Origin: Lophium mytilinum
Lineage: Eukaryota
Direction of reading: 5' to 3'
Length of the DNA: 64,000 nt
Assembly: GCA_010093605.1 (NCBI GenBank)
Contig: MU004183.1
Coordinates: 434,001-498,000 of the forward strand
The position numbers and the translations under genes were made by a program. This document shows, in pieces, positions 52,329 to 64,000 of the stretch (the stretch's first letter is position 1; the number at the start of each line of letters is the position of its first letter). Below the pieces are notes generated by a model. The model was not told the origin of the DNA and searched no databases. It saw nothing but the letters and a program-made list of their open reading frames with translations.

Positions 52329-53595
52329 ATGACATCCCAACCTCAAACCGAAGTCGGCCTAAAAGAACGCTTCTTCCGCTACTTCCAACATGAAGTCACC
52401 GGTACGGCCCTCTACCTATCCGAAGAACTTATACTAATTCCTCCCAGCCCTCCAAGAACAGATGGAACGCCTGTCATCCACCGCCCTCGCAGGCGGCGAG
52501 CGCAACGATGCCGTCGACCACTGCCTCGCGGGGATAGCCCGCCTCTCCCACGAAGTCAAAGACGCCTCGAGCTACATTCCCGCATACGACCAGCGAACCT
52601 ACGCCGAAGTTCGTCCCCAAGCCCCTTACCCACCCCCTTTAACCATCCCCTCATACCGACACTAACCTCACCCCAAGGCCATCAAAGCGCTCAACGACAA
52701 GCTCCAAAAAACCCGCCTCGCCTTCGCGCCCCGCAGCAAATTCGCCTTCAAAACCGCCCACAAGAACCCCTCCGCCATCTCCCTCTCCTCCGCCGCCGAA
52801 CTCGCCGCCCAGAAAACCCCCCGCGTGCCCGGCTACCCCTCCGACACCTCCACGGGGCCCTCGTCCTTCGCGCCGACGCCCCTCGACGCAGCGTCTCCCG
52901 TCGACGAGAAGCCAGAAGAGGGGCTGTACAGCAAGAACGCCGCCAGTACAAAAGCCCCGACCACTGTCATCACGATCTCGAACCACACGAACGCGCACAT
53001 CGTCCTGCCGCACTCGACGTCGCACACCACAACCACAGGCACGGTGTCGAATCTCCGGCGCTGCGTGGCCGACATGTCGACGCCCACGTCGTCCGCCAAC
53101 GGCCACCCGTTCGCGGGGCTAACGCTCCGGAACATCAAGAACTCGCTCATCGTGTGCGGGCAGGTGGCTGGCGCGACGCACGTCACCAGCGTGGAGAACA
53201 GCGTGGTGGTGGCAGCGACGCGGCAGTTCAGGATGCATGGGAGCAAGAACGTGGATGTGTATCTGCATAGCGCGAGCCGGCCGATTGTGGAGGAGTGTGA
53301 GGGGGTGCGGTTTGCGCCGTTGCCCGCGAGCTATGTAGGTGGACCCTACGTTCCCCCTTTTCCGGGTAGATGGAGAGAGCTAATGAGTGTGTTGGTGCAG
53401 ATTACGGAAGCAAACGCCCAGTCGACGAATCAGTGGGACCAGATTGACGATTTCGACTGGTTGCAGGCGGAGCAGAGCCCGCATTGGAGCATCCTACCGC
53501 TGGAGAAGCGGGTGGAAGAGAGGGTGTGGAAGGATGTTGTGCCGGGTGGGCATAGTATCAGTTTGGAGGATATTTTGAAAGCTGTTGGTGTTTGA
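52329..53595 (+). CDS. Tubulin-binding cofactor C
   Basis: ERFFRYFQHEVT, SYIPAYDQRTY, CGQVAGATHV, RQFRMHGSKNVDVYLHSASRPIVEECEGVRFAP and NQWDQIDDFDWL. Confidence 0.88.
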
Positions 53596-54025
53596 GATGG
53601 TTTTGTGAAAAGGGGTAAAGCCGCAATCGGAAAAAAGGTCTACAATGAGTATTTCATCAAGGCATGCGCACACATAGCAGTATGATTTTGGGATCATGGA
53701 ACAGGAGGAGTTTCGGCGCTAGCGGTTTGGCAGAATCAACCAGGTAATCTACAGTACGAAAGATGAGTGAGAAGACGGAGCATCAAACCATCCTTATGGC
53801 CTTAGCGAGACGGAGAGGTCACTTGAAGGAGAAGTTTGAAGCGTAGGAATAGCATTCGTATGGACAAACCAATTATAATTCCAGCTATGGAAAGCGTCGT
53901 GGTGCCAGATCTAATCATTCAAGCAGCCGTAGCCGATACCACCCCTATAATTCCTCCGCGAAAATGCTCACAGCACACCTCCCAATGCAATCCAGTATCC
54001 GTCCCTACGCGGGACACCCTAACAA

Positions 54026-55378
54026 CTACCTCAGCGGAATACTGACCTCGGGCTCCGGACTCGCATCCGGCGTCGGCCACGGCGCTTCCACCTCGTTGAC
54101 TTTTATGTCAGCAATCCTCTTCCCCTCCAGCCTGCCTTGAACTTCCTTCTCTTTCTCCCCCTTACTCCCCTTCTCCTCTGGCGGACTCTCCCACGTATAC
54201 CCCACCCATTCCCCCAACACCTCCTGCACGCCCTCACTCAGTATCTGCACCGCCCGCTTGCGGTTCTGCGCCCACTCATACGCCCTGCTCCACCGTCCCG
54301 CTCGTATCGCCGTCTCCCTGCCACCCTCCAGCCCATCCAAGATACTCCGCCACACCAGCATCGTCTTCTCCAACTCCGGCGCACGCGACACCCCAATCAC
54401 ACTAACCCCCAGCTTCGTCCCGCCCACCGCCTCATTACTCTCCTGCTGCCACGGCACCCCGGACGCCGGATCCCCGCGACTCCCCACACTCGCACCCACC
54501 GCCAGCCACGTCTCGAGCGCATAGCGAATCGCGATAACCTCCAGCTTCTCACCATGCGCATCACAGAAGTCACTCGCCTGCCTTACCGCCAGCCTTAGCG
54601 CGCGCGACGCGGGATGGAAATCGCCCAGCGCGCCAACAGGCACGCCCTGGCGACGAAGCAAACCCATCCCCAACGGACTCGCATTCGGCACGACATCGAC
54701 GCCCGCCTCGCGCAGCCGCTGCACCCCGCGCGGGCCCGCGAGCCCCTCGTTCTGCAGCGTGAAGTTGGCGTAGCTCATGACGGCGTCGAGCGGCTCGCCC
54801 GTCTCGCGCAGCACCAGCTCGGCCAGCGCGCCCAGCACGTCGAGCGGGTAGCCCGAGATGCCGACGTAGCGCACCGTGCCGAGCTCGTCGCGCTGCCGGC
54901 GCAGCTCGCGCACCGCGCCCAGCACGGCGGCGGGCGTTACGAACTCGACGTCGTGGCAGTAGACGACGTCGAGGTAGGTGGTGTGTAGGCGCGCGAGACT
55001 GCGGGTGATGCTCTGCGCGACCCAGGCGGGGGAGTAGTCGAAGTGCGCTTCGGCGATGCGCCCGACTTTTGTGAGGATGAAGTAGGAGGAGCGCGGGAAA
55101 GTGGTGCGGACGAAGGGGGTGTCGAGGGCGGCGCCGAGGAGGGTTTCGGAGGGCCCGTAGTAGGGCGAGGTGTCGAAGGCGCGGATGCCGTGGGTCAGGG
55201 CATCCGAGACCAGCCCCGTAGTGTCGAGCGCGTAGGGGTCGTCATTGTACTGGTGGTTGAAGGTTGCAGTGCCGAAGATGAGCGGAGGGAGGATGGCAGA
55301 GAGCGGGGTGCCTTTGTCGTAGGCAACGGGCGGCTGGACCTGGGGAGAGTCTGCGGCAGACTGCGATGTCGCGGCCAT
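54026..55378 (-). CDS. Aldo-keto reductase (L-galactose / D-arabinose 1-dehydrogenase, Ara2-like)
   Basis: PPLIFGTATFN, AFDTSPYYGPSE, LTKVGR, YLDVVYCHDVEF, VRYVGISGYPL, NASPLGMGLL. Likely ATG at 55378. Confidence 0.85.
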   Translation of the reverse strand: MAATSQSAADSPQVQPPVAYDKGTPLSAILPPLIFGTATFNHQYNDDPYALDTTGLVSDALTHGIRAFDTSPYYGPSETLLGAALDTPFVRTTFPRSSYFILTKVGRIAEAHFDYSPAWVAQSITRSLARLHTTYLDVVYCHDVEFVTPAAVLGAVRELRRQRDELGTVRYVGISGYPLDVLGALAELVLRETGEPLDAVMSYANFTLQNEGLAGPRGVQRLREAGVDVVPNASPLGMGLLRRQGVPVGALGDFHPASRALRLAVRQASDFCDAHGEKLEVIAIRYALETWLAVGASVGSRGDPASGVPWQQESNEAVGGTKLGVSVIGVSRAPELEKTMLVWRSILDGLEGGRETAIRAGRWSRAYEWAQNRKRAVQILSEGVQEVLGEWVGYTWESPPEEKGSKGEKEKEVQGRLEGKRIADIKVNEVEAPWPTPDASPEPEVSIPLR

Positions 55379-56174
55379 CGAAGGATGAGGACTGAGGTGT
55401 CCGGTGCGATAAGGTGGTGGTGGTTGTGGCGGGGCTGTATATATAGTGCCTCCGTATACCGGCTTTGTTAGGAAGAGAGCGCCGCGTACGTGCTTGATTC
55501 CTGCTGTCAGCAGCAGAATAGACGATGGGATGAAGAAGAGCACAGTCAGTCCCTGGCGGTTAGTGAAGAATAACGGCAGGCTGGGCCGGGGTCTAATAGT
55601 GGGATATCCCGCCGGATTGGGGTGGCCTTGAAAGATGCACCACGGCTCGATGACAGGGCGATATCCACTAGGCCTGCGCCGAGTCGCGCGGATTCAATGA
55701 CGCCATGGCGAGGCCTGTCGCAATGGCAGGCGGGCCGGCGGTGATTCGTGGGTCGGTACGGTGAAGGATGGAGGGTCAGGGAGGGTATGGTTGAAGCCGG
55801 AGACGAGGTTGGGTGCTGCCAGTAGCTGCTGGAGACCCCCCCGCGTGGTGTTTCTTCCTCCAGGTCCCTGCAGCAGTGCCGATCCAACCCCAAACTTTTA
55901 GGGATACGCCTCGGGTCATCGCGGGACCTTGCCGCTGATATCTATTACGCCTTGACGCCGGCCGGCATTTTGCGGACCGCATTATATTACTTGCAGGTAG
56001 CGTCTATCGTATGCATCGAGGGAGTGCGCCTGTCCTATTGCGGGCTTATAGAGAATGACTTTGTAAAGGGAGAGTTTATATCGTGACGTATATATATAGT
56101 TATATGCAATCCAACCCGTACATGTTAGATGTACTGAATACTGTGGTATTTCGTAACACACCCCCTTCGATGGC

Positions 56175-57516
56175 CTACACGCTCTGCCATGTAATCGTCA
56201 GGCTCGTGGAATGACTGCTGGTATACACTGTCTCCTGCGTGCTCCCGCTCGCGACAGCATCCGCATAGAAGGTTGTACTGCCGCTCGCGGCTAGACTGCC
56301 ACTGCTAGCGGTGAAGACAGTTGCAGAGCTGACACTCGATCCGCAGGTAAAGGCACCAGAGACGATACCACATTTTCCCTTGGACGTCGTCAGCGTGAAG
56401 CCTGACCCGCTCGTGGCAGCTGTGTAGGTTGCGCAGGTGCCTGACGTGTACCACGTCCCTGCTGAGATCAGACAGCCGGTTGCCGTACCGCCGGTAGACA
56501 CATTCAAGTAGCCTTTACCGGAAAATGCGCCCCCAGTGCTCGTAGGAGCCACAGTGCTAGTTTTGGTACCAGTGACAAAAGTCGTTGTTGGTGATCCACC
56601 ACTTCCGCTCTTTGGTAGGTATTTCACCCCAGTGGTAGGGCATGTCGACTTGCTACCGTCAGGGGCAGCGGCTTCGAAGTCGCCCGTTTGGACGCTACCC
56701 TTTACATTGTAGTGGTACCAGATCTCGTTGAGCTCGCCGTTTTTGCAGCCCAAGGTCACCTGAACGCCGTTGCGATTCTTTCCCAGCGCAGCTTGGATGG
56801 CGGCAGAGGTGTAAGTAGCGGTGCTAGAAGGGACGATGCCGGCAGCTTTCAACCACTGTGTTGGTTTGTTAGTGGGCGAGCAAGGAACAATGCCGGAGGT
56901 GTCATACAGTATAGGATGGGAGAGTCTTGAAGAGGGCAACGGTCTTCTCGAAGAAATCCGCAGCTTCTTCCTTTGCCTGGTAGCCGGTGTAGCAATCCGT
57001 GTCATAGGTGCTGACGCAAGTGCCATGCTTGCCCCATTCGTGCTCCCAGAATGTCTCGTCATTGCCCTGATAGTCCTTCCAGTACGTCTGCATGTAGCTG
57101 AGTACGTCTGTCTTGCCGAAGCTGGTCAGAATGTCTCCGATACCGGTATATGCGCGGCTGGCATCGCAGTTGGCGTCGAAGGTGCCGTCACAGTGATCTG
57201 GCCTGCGAACTGTTAGATGAAGCAAAAAGACAGATTGTGGTGACCTTGCTTACCATAGCCCGTGGATGGTCCATGAATCCGACGGCCCAGTAGCTGGATC
57301 CGTATCCCAGAACTGTGTCTGAAGGAGCTGTCCCCCAGGCGCGTTGAAGCAGCAGAGGTCTGCTACCGCCGTTGTGTTGTGGCAGCTAAGCTGTCCCGTG
57401 GTGGAGCATGTTTTGGGAGTACCACCCAGCACCGTAGACCCGGAACCCAGGAACAGCTGCGCACCGCCAAGCGCAATCTTGGAGAGCGATCGTAGAGAGG
57501 GAAGTGAGGAAGCCAT
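56175..57516 (-). CDS. Ribonuclease T2 with a Ser/Thr linker and C-terminal extension
   Basis: CAS I WTIHGLW|PD and CAS II FWEHEWGKHGTC; DLCCFNAPGG; C-terminal GCLISAGTWY domain. Two introns. Confidence 0.92.
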
Positions 57517-59413
57517 ATTCGTGTCCCAGGCTACATCCAGGGCAGACGCCGCCGCATTTTGTACTGCTTCGAAGGCAGCGAAGCTGCCCATGCTGGCTCA
57601 GGGCAAAGAAGCTCCGCGAAGAAATCCCCGACGTGGAAGGACAATAGGTACGGCGCCTATCGTATTGGACAGAAGGCTGGTCTGCTAGAGATGAAAGAGG
57701 GAGGTGTTGTATGCATGGAACAGTCGTGGAAGGATGATAGAGGTAGCTCCCGAAGCGGGAGCCTATCGCGGCGAAGGGTGTGGCTTCATGGAGGACGGAG
57801 GGATGACGATCGCTGTTGTTTCAGGGCATGAGGGCCAGTCAGAGGCGAAGAGTGGCCGCAGCATCCCAGCGCGTGCGACAGGCTGGCGGGCATCGTGGTG
57901 CTAAGGTTGAGATCAACGATGATTTAGCCCAGGCCGGAGGTCGCCATCTGGCCCTCCCCTGCAGCTACCGGCATAGGGCCAATCCATTCACCTGCTCGTT
58001 TCGGGATGTTTCCGCCGTGCATCTACTTTATATCGACCGGCTCCTTCGACTCGCTGCTCTCGAGCTCCTTCATTACACCTAGCGCAATCGCCGCCCGGGT
58101 TAAGACTTGCTTAAGCTTCCGGGAGGGCGCCGGTAGTTAGCGAAACTCTTACAGCCTACCGAGTAGGATCAAGTCCAGGGTCCTCTCGTCTATTGGCTAC
58201 ATGGTATATTGCAATGACGAAGTGGGTCAAGTTAGCAACCTATGCGGTTATGCGTATCTACAGATGTCGTGGAAAGACGCTCAAGTCACAGCAAGGTCAG
58301 GACGGTATAGATAAGATGATTTGCATTGATTCTACATGATGCTGAAGCCCAGTTGAATGCTCAACCGCATCCCAGCTCGAACCATGTCAGTGCCAGTTGG
58401 CTGAATCATCCCCTAATATATTCTTCGTTTTCTTTGTTGGGTTTTCTTCTACCAGGCAAGCTATCAACAATCCACTCTTACAACCGTCGAAAGGTGTAAG
58501 ACAAGAGCTTAGAGTTGCTGTGGTAGAGAGACGTTGCCCAGACTGATCCGGTCCTTCTCAAGAAGAAAAGGTTGATCAACAATGAAAGAGACGGACCGTG
58601 TCGTAGTATCCGCAAGTAGAGACGCAAGAGGTGTGTGGGAGACGAGCGTCAGATGGTGGAGGGCGTTGGAGAAGAGTGTGAGATCATGGGGTATAGGGGA
58701 AAATCCACTTGCTCGAGATTGCAAGCTAACGAGGGAGAGACACATGAGAGATTGGCTGATGACAGCATGGTGACGCCTTGCCGGGATACGCCTTCATGGA
58801 AATAACAAGCACCATGGCTGAGAAGATGAAGAAAGCCAACCAGGGCTGCCGTGAGAACGCTAGAGTGCCGAGGATATGCCAGGGATGACCGTGAGCCAGG
58901 AATCCTCTAACAAGAGCATGAACTTTTATGATTACACCGCCGGTCATATATCCGGCAGAACTGATGAAATCCACTCCAGCACGAACGTGGTAGAAAAGCA
59001 TCCGTATCTGGGAGTGAGAGAGTACTGGAGGTCGCCATGGGTGTTTAGAGGCGACAGGTTGAACAGAGGAGTTGTGTCGAGAGAAGAGAAAGTCCAGAAA
59101 GTCCAGGCATATAATACAGTGCTGGATTGAAGTCGTAGACTCCATGGAGCGCCAGGTAGTCGAGTCGTGAAACCTCCCAGGAAAGAAAGCCAGGTATTCC
59201 GTTTCAAATCGTCGAACCCGATCCCGTAATCATGAAGAAGGAAGAAAGGAAACCGCAAATATGTTCAAGCTGAGAACAGTACCAAGAATAAGTCTCCAGG
59301 CTACTGAGCAAAGAGAAATCGCACCAGATTTTCAAAAGAAGACCCAAAACGGGAGGTCGACGAAAACTGCTCAGGCAAACTGGGAAACAAAACACGAGTG
59401 GTCGGTAAAGTAC

Positions 59414-61100
59414 CTAAGCCGGAGCGGCTGGCGGAGGGCGCGCAGTACGTTGGGCGTTGTGACCATTCTGGCGATTCTGTTGGTTGGATGGAGGCCCTCC
59501 TCTACGCTGGCCTTGGAACTGCGCGCCACCTCGCTGATTCCGCTGGAAGTTTTGTCTATTGTTGGCCTGAGAGTTAGAGCGAGGGACGTTGCTGTCGTCC
59601 TGGTCCTGGGTCTGGCCCGAGCCTTGGGTTCGCGGGGCCGGAGGGTTGGAGATGGGGCGCGGGATGTTCTCAGGGGACTCGTAGACGTAGAGCTTCTTCT
59701 CGATGGTCTGGGGGATAGGTTGAATCTCGGTTCCTAGCTCTTGTTCGATGCGGTAAAGATTGAAGCGATCGTCCCAGTTGATTAGATTGATAGCCAAGCC
59801 CAAATGTCCAAATCTACCAGAACGACCAATACGATGGAGATAAGTTTCAGCATTCTTCGGGAAATCGAAATTGATGACGACATTGACCGCCTGAATATCG
59901 ATGCCACGAGTGAGTAGATCCGAACAGACGAGATTGCGGCAAACACCATTCCTGAAGTCGTGGAATACGCGGTTGCGGTTGTGCTGAAGCATGCGGGCGT
60001 GGGAATAGAAGCAGGAATAGCCGAGTTCAGTGATTTTCTTCGCGAGCAGTTCAACCCGGTTGGTTGAATTGCAGAAGATAATGGACTGGTTGATCTGAAG
60101 TTTGTTGAACAGTGTATTTAGGCAGTGCACTTTCTGCTTTTCCTCAACGAAAGCATAGTACTGGGTAATACCGCGGAGGGTGAGTTCGTCCATCAAGTTG
60201 ATCTCGTACGGCGAGTTCATGTGTTTGTCCTGAGCTGATTAGTTTGTTTGTATCGCAGAATTTGGAAATCGATATATTTACCTTGAAATGCTTGACTACG
60301 ATTGGGAATGTGGCACTGAAGAGCATGACCTGCCGATCTTTGGGATGGAATGCCAAGAGTTGTTCGATGACGGGCGTAAATTCAGGAGACAACAGCTTGT
60401 CCGCTTCATCCATAACGAACGTCTGGCACCCTGACAGGACCGCAACGCCTTTGCTCGCGAGGTCTAGAATTCTTCCAGGGGTTCCAATGATGATGTGGAC
60501 AGTTTCTTGCAAGCGAATGATATCATCCTTGAGCCCAGTGCCGCCGGTAGTCACCATGACATTGAGCCCGAGGTGTTTACCTAGCATCTTGCACACTTGT
60601 GATGTTTGTAACGCCAGTTCTCGGGTTGGAACCAGGATCAGGGCCTGTACCTGTGTGCTCTTCGGGTTGATGCGCTCAAGTGTTGGTATGACGAAAGCGG
60701 CAGTCTTTCCAGTACCGTTCTTTGCTCGTGCAAGAATGTCTCGTCCGGTCAAAGCGACGGGGATCGCCTCTTCTTGAATGGGCGAAGGTTTCTCGAAGCC
60801 AGCCTCGAAGATTCCCATCATGAGTTCGCGCTTGATGTAGAAATCCTCAAACTCGAGTCCTTTAGTCGCAGTGACATCCTAGCAGTCCTTGTGTTAGCTC
60901 TGAAATATGCCTGGACGTGTTCATATCTACGTACCTCGGTCTGTGGTCGAGCGTCTTTGGACGGTATCTTGAGGCCATCTTTCCAGGAGGTTTCTGATGC
61001 GGGCTCTCTGAAGATGCATTAGTAAATAAACCTTTGTATCAAAGTGCTGAACTTACCCAAGCTTGACAGCTCCTAGCTGGTTTGTTATGTCGGTAGTCAT
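59414..61100 (-). CDS. DHH1: DEAD-box RNA helicase Dhh1/DDX6
   Basis: [61 protein letters not shown]. Confidence 0.96.
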
Positions 61101-61973
61101 TGTGCGCGGGCCACCACGAGTGGGGGGGTATGAGTATCACTTAGAGGATAGCAGAACTGTTCACACAGCGGACTGTACGGCCGCGTTTTGTTGAGTGGTC
61201 GGATGTAGGACTCGGAGGCTCAGAGGCTCGGGTGTAGGTAGGAGTCGAGTCGGTGCGGATGGTGGAGCCAGCAAGTGACGCTGGCTACTGGCGAGAGATA
61301 GGAGCGTAGATATGGCCTTTGCGATTTGCCCTATGTTTGTGCAAGCTAAGCAGCGGGATGATCTCGCCGGAGAAGATATGGAGAGCGGGTCGCGCTGTGA
61401 GTGTTGTTTGTGGAGAGCTAGTCGAGTCTGGGTGGTAGAGCTGCGTTGCAAGACTTCGAGTTAGTGAGAAGCCTCTTCAGGAGTGCAGCGGAGCTTTTGG
61501 ATGGATGGCAATGGCAGGTTGCGCGGCGGTGGTGAGGTGAGTGAGAGGAGGGCAAGTCCTTTGAAGATGAGGTCGCGGAGTGGGCTAGTTTTGGCCTTGG
61601 GTGCCAAGCCTGCTCCGTGCGGCGCGCTGGAGTGATTGGCTGGAGGAACGACATGGCAGCCTCAACCTCACTATCCACTCAATTCACCTCTCTGTATCTA
61701 GCGTTACAAAGCGATTGCCTCACAGTGCCATCCTGAAGTTCGTCTTCCAGAGTCCCTTCAACGATTTCTATTCTTCATACAAGCTATTCAAAGCTTCCTT
61801 CTTACACGTCGTCCGTCCGATCTCTGTATCAAGGCATTGGCATCAAGATTTCATTCTATAGATAATCTAGCTAGCTCTTGGAGTTAGATTCTTGTTTCTC
61901 TCACTTCGTATTGAAGCGGGAGCTGGATACTCTACACACGATCGCACAACACACGAGGTCGCAAAACAGCTCC

Positions 61974-62783
61974 ATGTCATCGTTCCTCCACCGCTCGTCC
62001 GCATTGTCGCGCTCATTACCGCGTCAACTCTCCCAAAACTCTTGGCGATTTGGCCCACCTATTCGCCGCTCTTGCGCCATGAATAGACACTTCTACTCCA
62101 GCCTAGGCTCCAACAGAATGGACGGCTTCAACCCACGCCAAGGTATGGGCTTCATCTGGGGCCTTATTGGTGCCAACGTCGCTGTCTTTGCAGCCGTCCA
62201 CGCAAGCCCATCGCTATCTCAAAAGCTGACTCGAGATTTGCCTTTAAGCCTCAAGAGCGTTCGGGAAGGCAGATACTGGACGATCATCACATCCGGCTTC
62301 ACACATTTCAGCGGCATGCACCTTATATTTAACATGATAGCCCTGCATGCATTCGGTCGCACCCTCGTTTACGGCGCGAGACTCCCCGTCCCTCGCCTTG
62401 CCCTTTTGTCGGTTGGCTCACTTATCTCTGGAAGCGCTTTCTTCCTTGTGCACGAGAAACGACGTGAACGGCGTTTCTACAATGTTCAAGGCATCGGCGC
62501 TAGTGGGATGGTCATGGGTCTTGGTGCTGCTGCTGCCTGTCTGGTCCCGATGCAGCAGATGATGGTAGTGATTGTCCCGGCGCCACTATTCGTCGTTGTC
62601 GCTGGGTACTTTGCGTATGACTTTTGGTATCTCAACCAACACACTGGAACAGCCCATTCCGGCCACCTTGGAGGCATGGCGTTTGGCCTGCTCTACTACG
62701 TCCTAAGCCTTCGAAAATTTGGCGGAGTTATGGGGCAGCGGATGATTAAATCGGCGCCGCCCTTCTGGCGAGGAAGGAGATAA
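61974..62783 (+). CDS. Rhomboid intramembrane serine protease (mitochondrial Pcp1/PARL-like)
   Basis: Arg/Ser-rich presequence-like N-terminus; RYWTIITSGFTH, HLIFNM; catalytic GASG and AHSGHLGG. Confidence 0.85.
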   Translation: MSSFLHRSSALSRSLPRQLSQNSWRFGPPIRRSCAMNRHFYSSLGSNRMDGFNPRQGMGFIWGLIGANVAVFAAVHASPSLSQKLTRDLPLSLKSVREGRYWTIITSGFTHFSGMHLIFNMIALHAFGRTLVYGARLPVPRLALLSVGSLISGSAFFLVHEKRRERRFYNVQGIGASGMVMGLGAAAACLVPMQQMMVVIVPAPLFVVVAGYFAYDFWYLNQHTGTAHSGHLGGMAFGLLYYVLSLRKFGGVMGQRMIKSAPPFWRGRR

Positions 62784-63420
62784 ACACTAGACTCTAGATG
62801 CCTAGCCGTCTCTCCTCTGGTCAACTGTGGCTCCTTTCCGTTTCTCTATTTCGGTCCAGCCATTTTCCCTTGTTTCGGTTAGAGCGCCTCACAACAGTTG
62901 TCTACTACCCGTTATGTGGTATTTCGGTTTTGATATTAGGTCCTTTTTTTGATCATGGCGCTCATCTGGCTGGCTGCTATCATAACCCACTTCAGGTGTT
63001 AATTTGAATAATACTCTCTTGCTTGGGAATTGGTTTCCACTTTGGACATTTAGAGCGGCACTTACTGCACCACAAGTGCACTTTCGGGTTTCTCATCCTC
63101 CTTTTTCGTCTTTGTAAGCTGAGGGTAGAAATAAACTTGCACTTGCTAGCCCAATCATCTGCATATTTCACGTCGAGTACCTCGGATGAGTAGATAAGCC
63201 TTGGTAAAACCACAGGATAGACAGACGTCTACTCCTCTCAAGATTACGAATCTTGTCTTTAGGCCTGGGCCATAAGTTTGGGCACACTGACTTAACCCTG
63301 CTCGCTTTACTGTTACTCTCTTGATGCCAATGGGAGAGTAGCCCAGGTACTTGGTTGGCAATGAGTTGAACAGCAGTCTGATCTGCGCTGCCTGGAATTT
63401 GACACCGCGCCTAGATCTTT

Positions 63421-63485
63421 AAAACTTTACGGGAGTACCCCAAGCAGTGGTGAACGGGGGTGCATAGACTTCTAGCTTACCACTG
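63421..63485. mobile_element. Solo arm of the MITE family
   Basis: GTACCCCAAGCAGTGGTGAACGGGGGTGCATAGACTTCTAGCTTACCACTG|TA matches the right arm of the FAS-intron element and ends in CACTG-TA. No partner arm seen. Confidence 0.55.
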
Positions 63486-63676
63486 TAACTGTCTTCTTGA
63501 AAGAGGTGGAATTCAAGTATAGGTTCTTGGAATAATACCCAAGTGGTTGCACGGCGGTGCGAAAGCGGGGACATCCATGCTGAAGTCTGCCAGGCGTTTA
63601 CCCCACCAATTGCCTGGATTATATCTTCAAGATTGACCTCTTCAATCCACGCCTCATCCCTATATCATATTCAGAT

Positions 63677-64000
63677 ATGTCGTCCCTCCTCTCCATCCCT
63701 CGCGAAATCCGCGACAGCATCATCGAACTTGCCCTCTCCTCCAGCCGAGAACCTTATCCAAGCATCACAGCCGCAGAACCCACCCGCTCAACCAAAATAG
63801 TCCCACACCGACCATTCTTCAAATCCTGGAGCTACGGCCGCAAGCACGTGCTCTTCGAATCCCATTCCTACCTCTCCAACAGCCTCCCCCTCCTCCTCGT
63901 AAACCACCAGCTCTCCTCCGAAACCACCTCAACCATCTCCCGCCTCTCCAAAAATGCTTCACTCCCCCACTACTCGCTCGACGTCATGTTCGTCAACGAG
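63677..64000 (+). CDS. Partial hypothetical protein with an F-box-like N-terminus (runs off the window)
   Basis: MSSLLSIPREIRDSIIELAL...LLLVNHQLSSET; frame is open to the end of the window. Confidence 0.6.
   Translation, partial: MSSLLSIPREIRDSIIELALSSSREPYPSITAAEPTRSTKIVPHRPFFKSWSYGRKHVLFESHSYLSNSLPLLLVNHQLSSETTSTISRLSKNASLPHYSLDVMFVNE

Noticed and set aside
52650..55470. Many long antisense/alternative-frame ORFs and high GC
   Set aside because: Explained by GC3-rich codon usage in the tubulin cofactor C and aldo-keto reductase genes.

Overview
Intron-containing filamentous ascomycete DNA (probably a Dothideomycete; this is an inference). The first ~27 kb is the right-hand part of a secondary-metabolite cluster. 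It holds a PPTase-less fatty acid synthase alpha subunit, an RTA1-family membrane protein, and a ~5,250-aa four-module NRPS (A-T-E-C-A-T-C-A-T-C-A-T-E*-CT). This combination recalls HC-toxin/apicidin-type cyclic tetrapeptide clusters but carries an extra, degenerate epimerase domain. The rest is mostly housekeeping genes (SIP5, UBP2, complex I NDUFA11-like subunit, tubulin cofactor C, an aldo-keto reductase, RNase T2, DHH1, a rhomboid) mixed with a few orphans. Non-coding structure read directly from the sequence: (i) a TA-flanked palindromic Tc1/mariner-type MITE family, five copies, three of them inside the enlarged introns of the FAS and NRPS genes; (ii) two inverted arrays of the same diverged ~106-bp tandem repeat, one at the cluster border; (iii) an eIF4E-like gene relic ending at a perfect hairpin inside the cluster; (iv) a possible cryptic intron that would fuse a UIM-bearing ORF onto Ubp2. 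Gene calls rest on recognised motifs only; no database searches were run.
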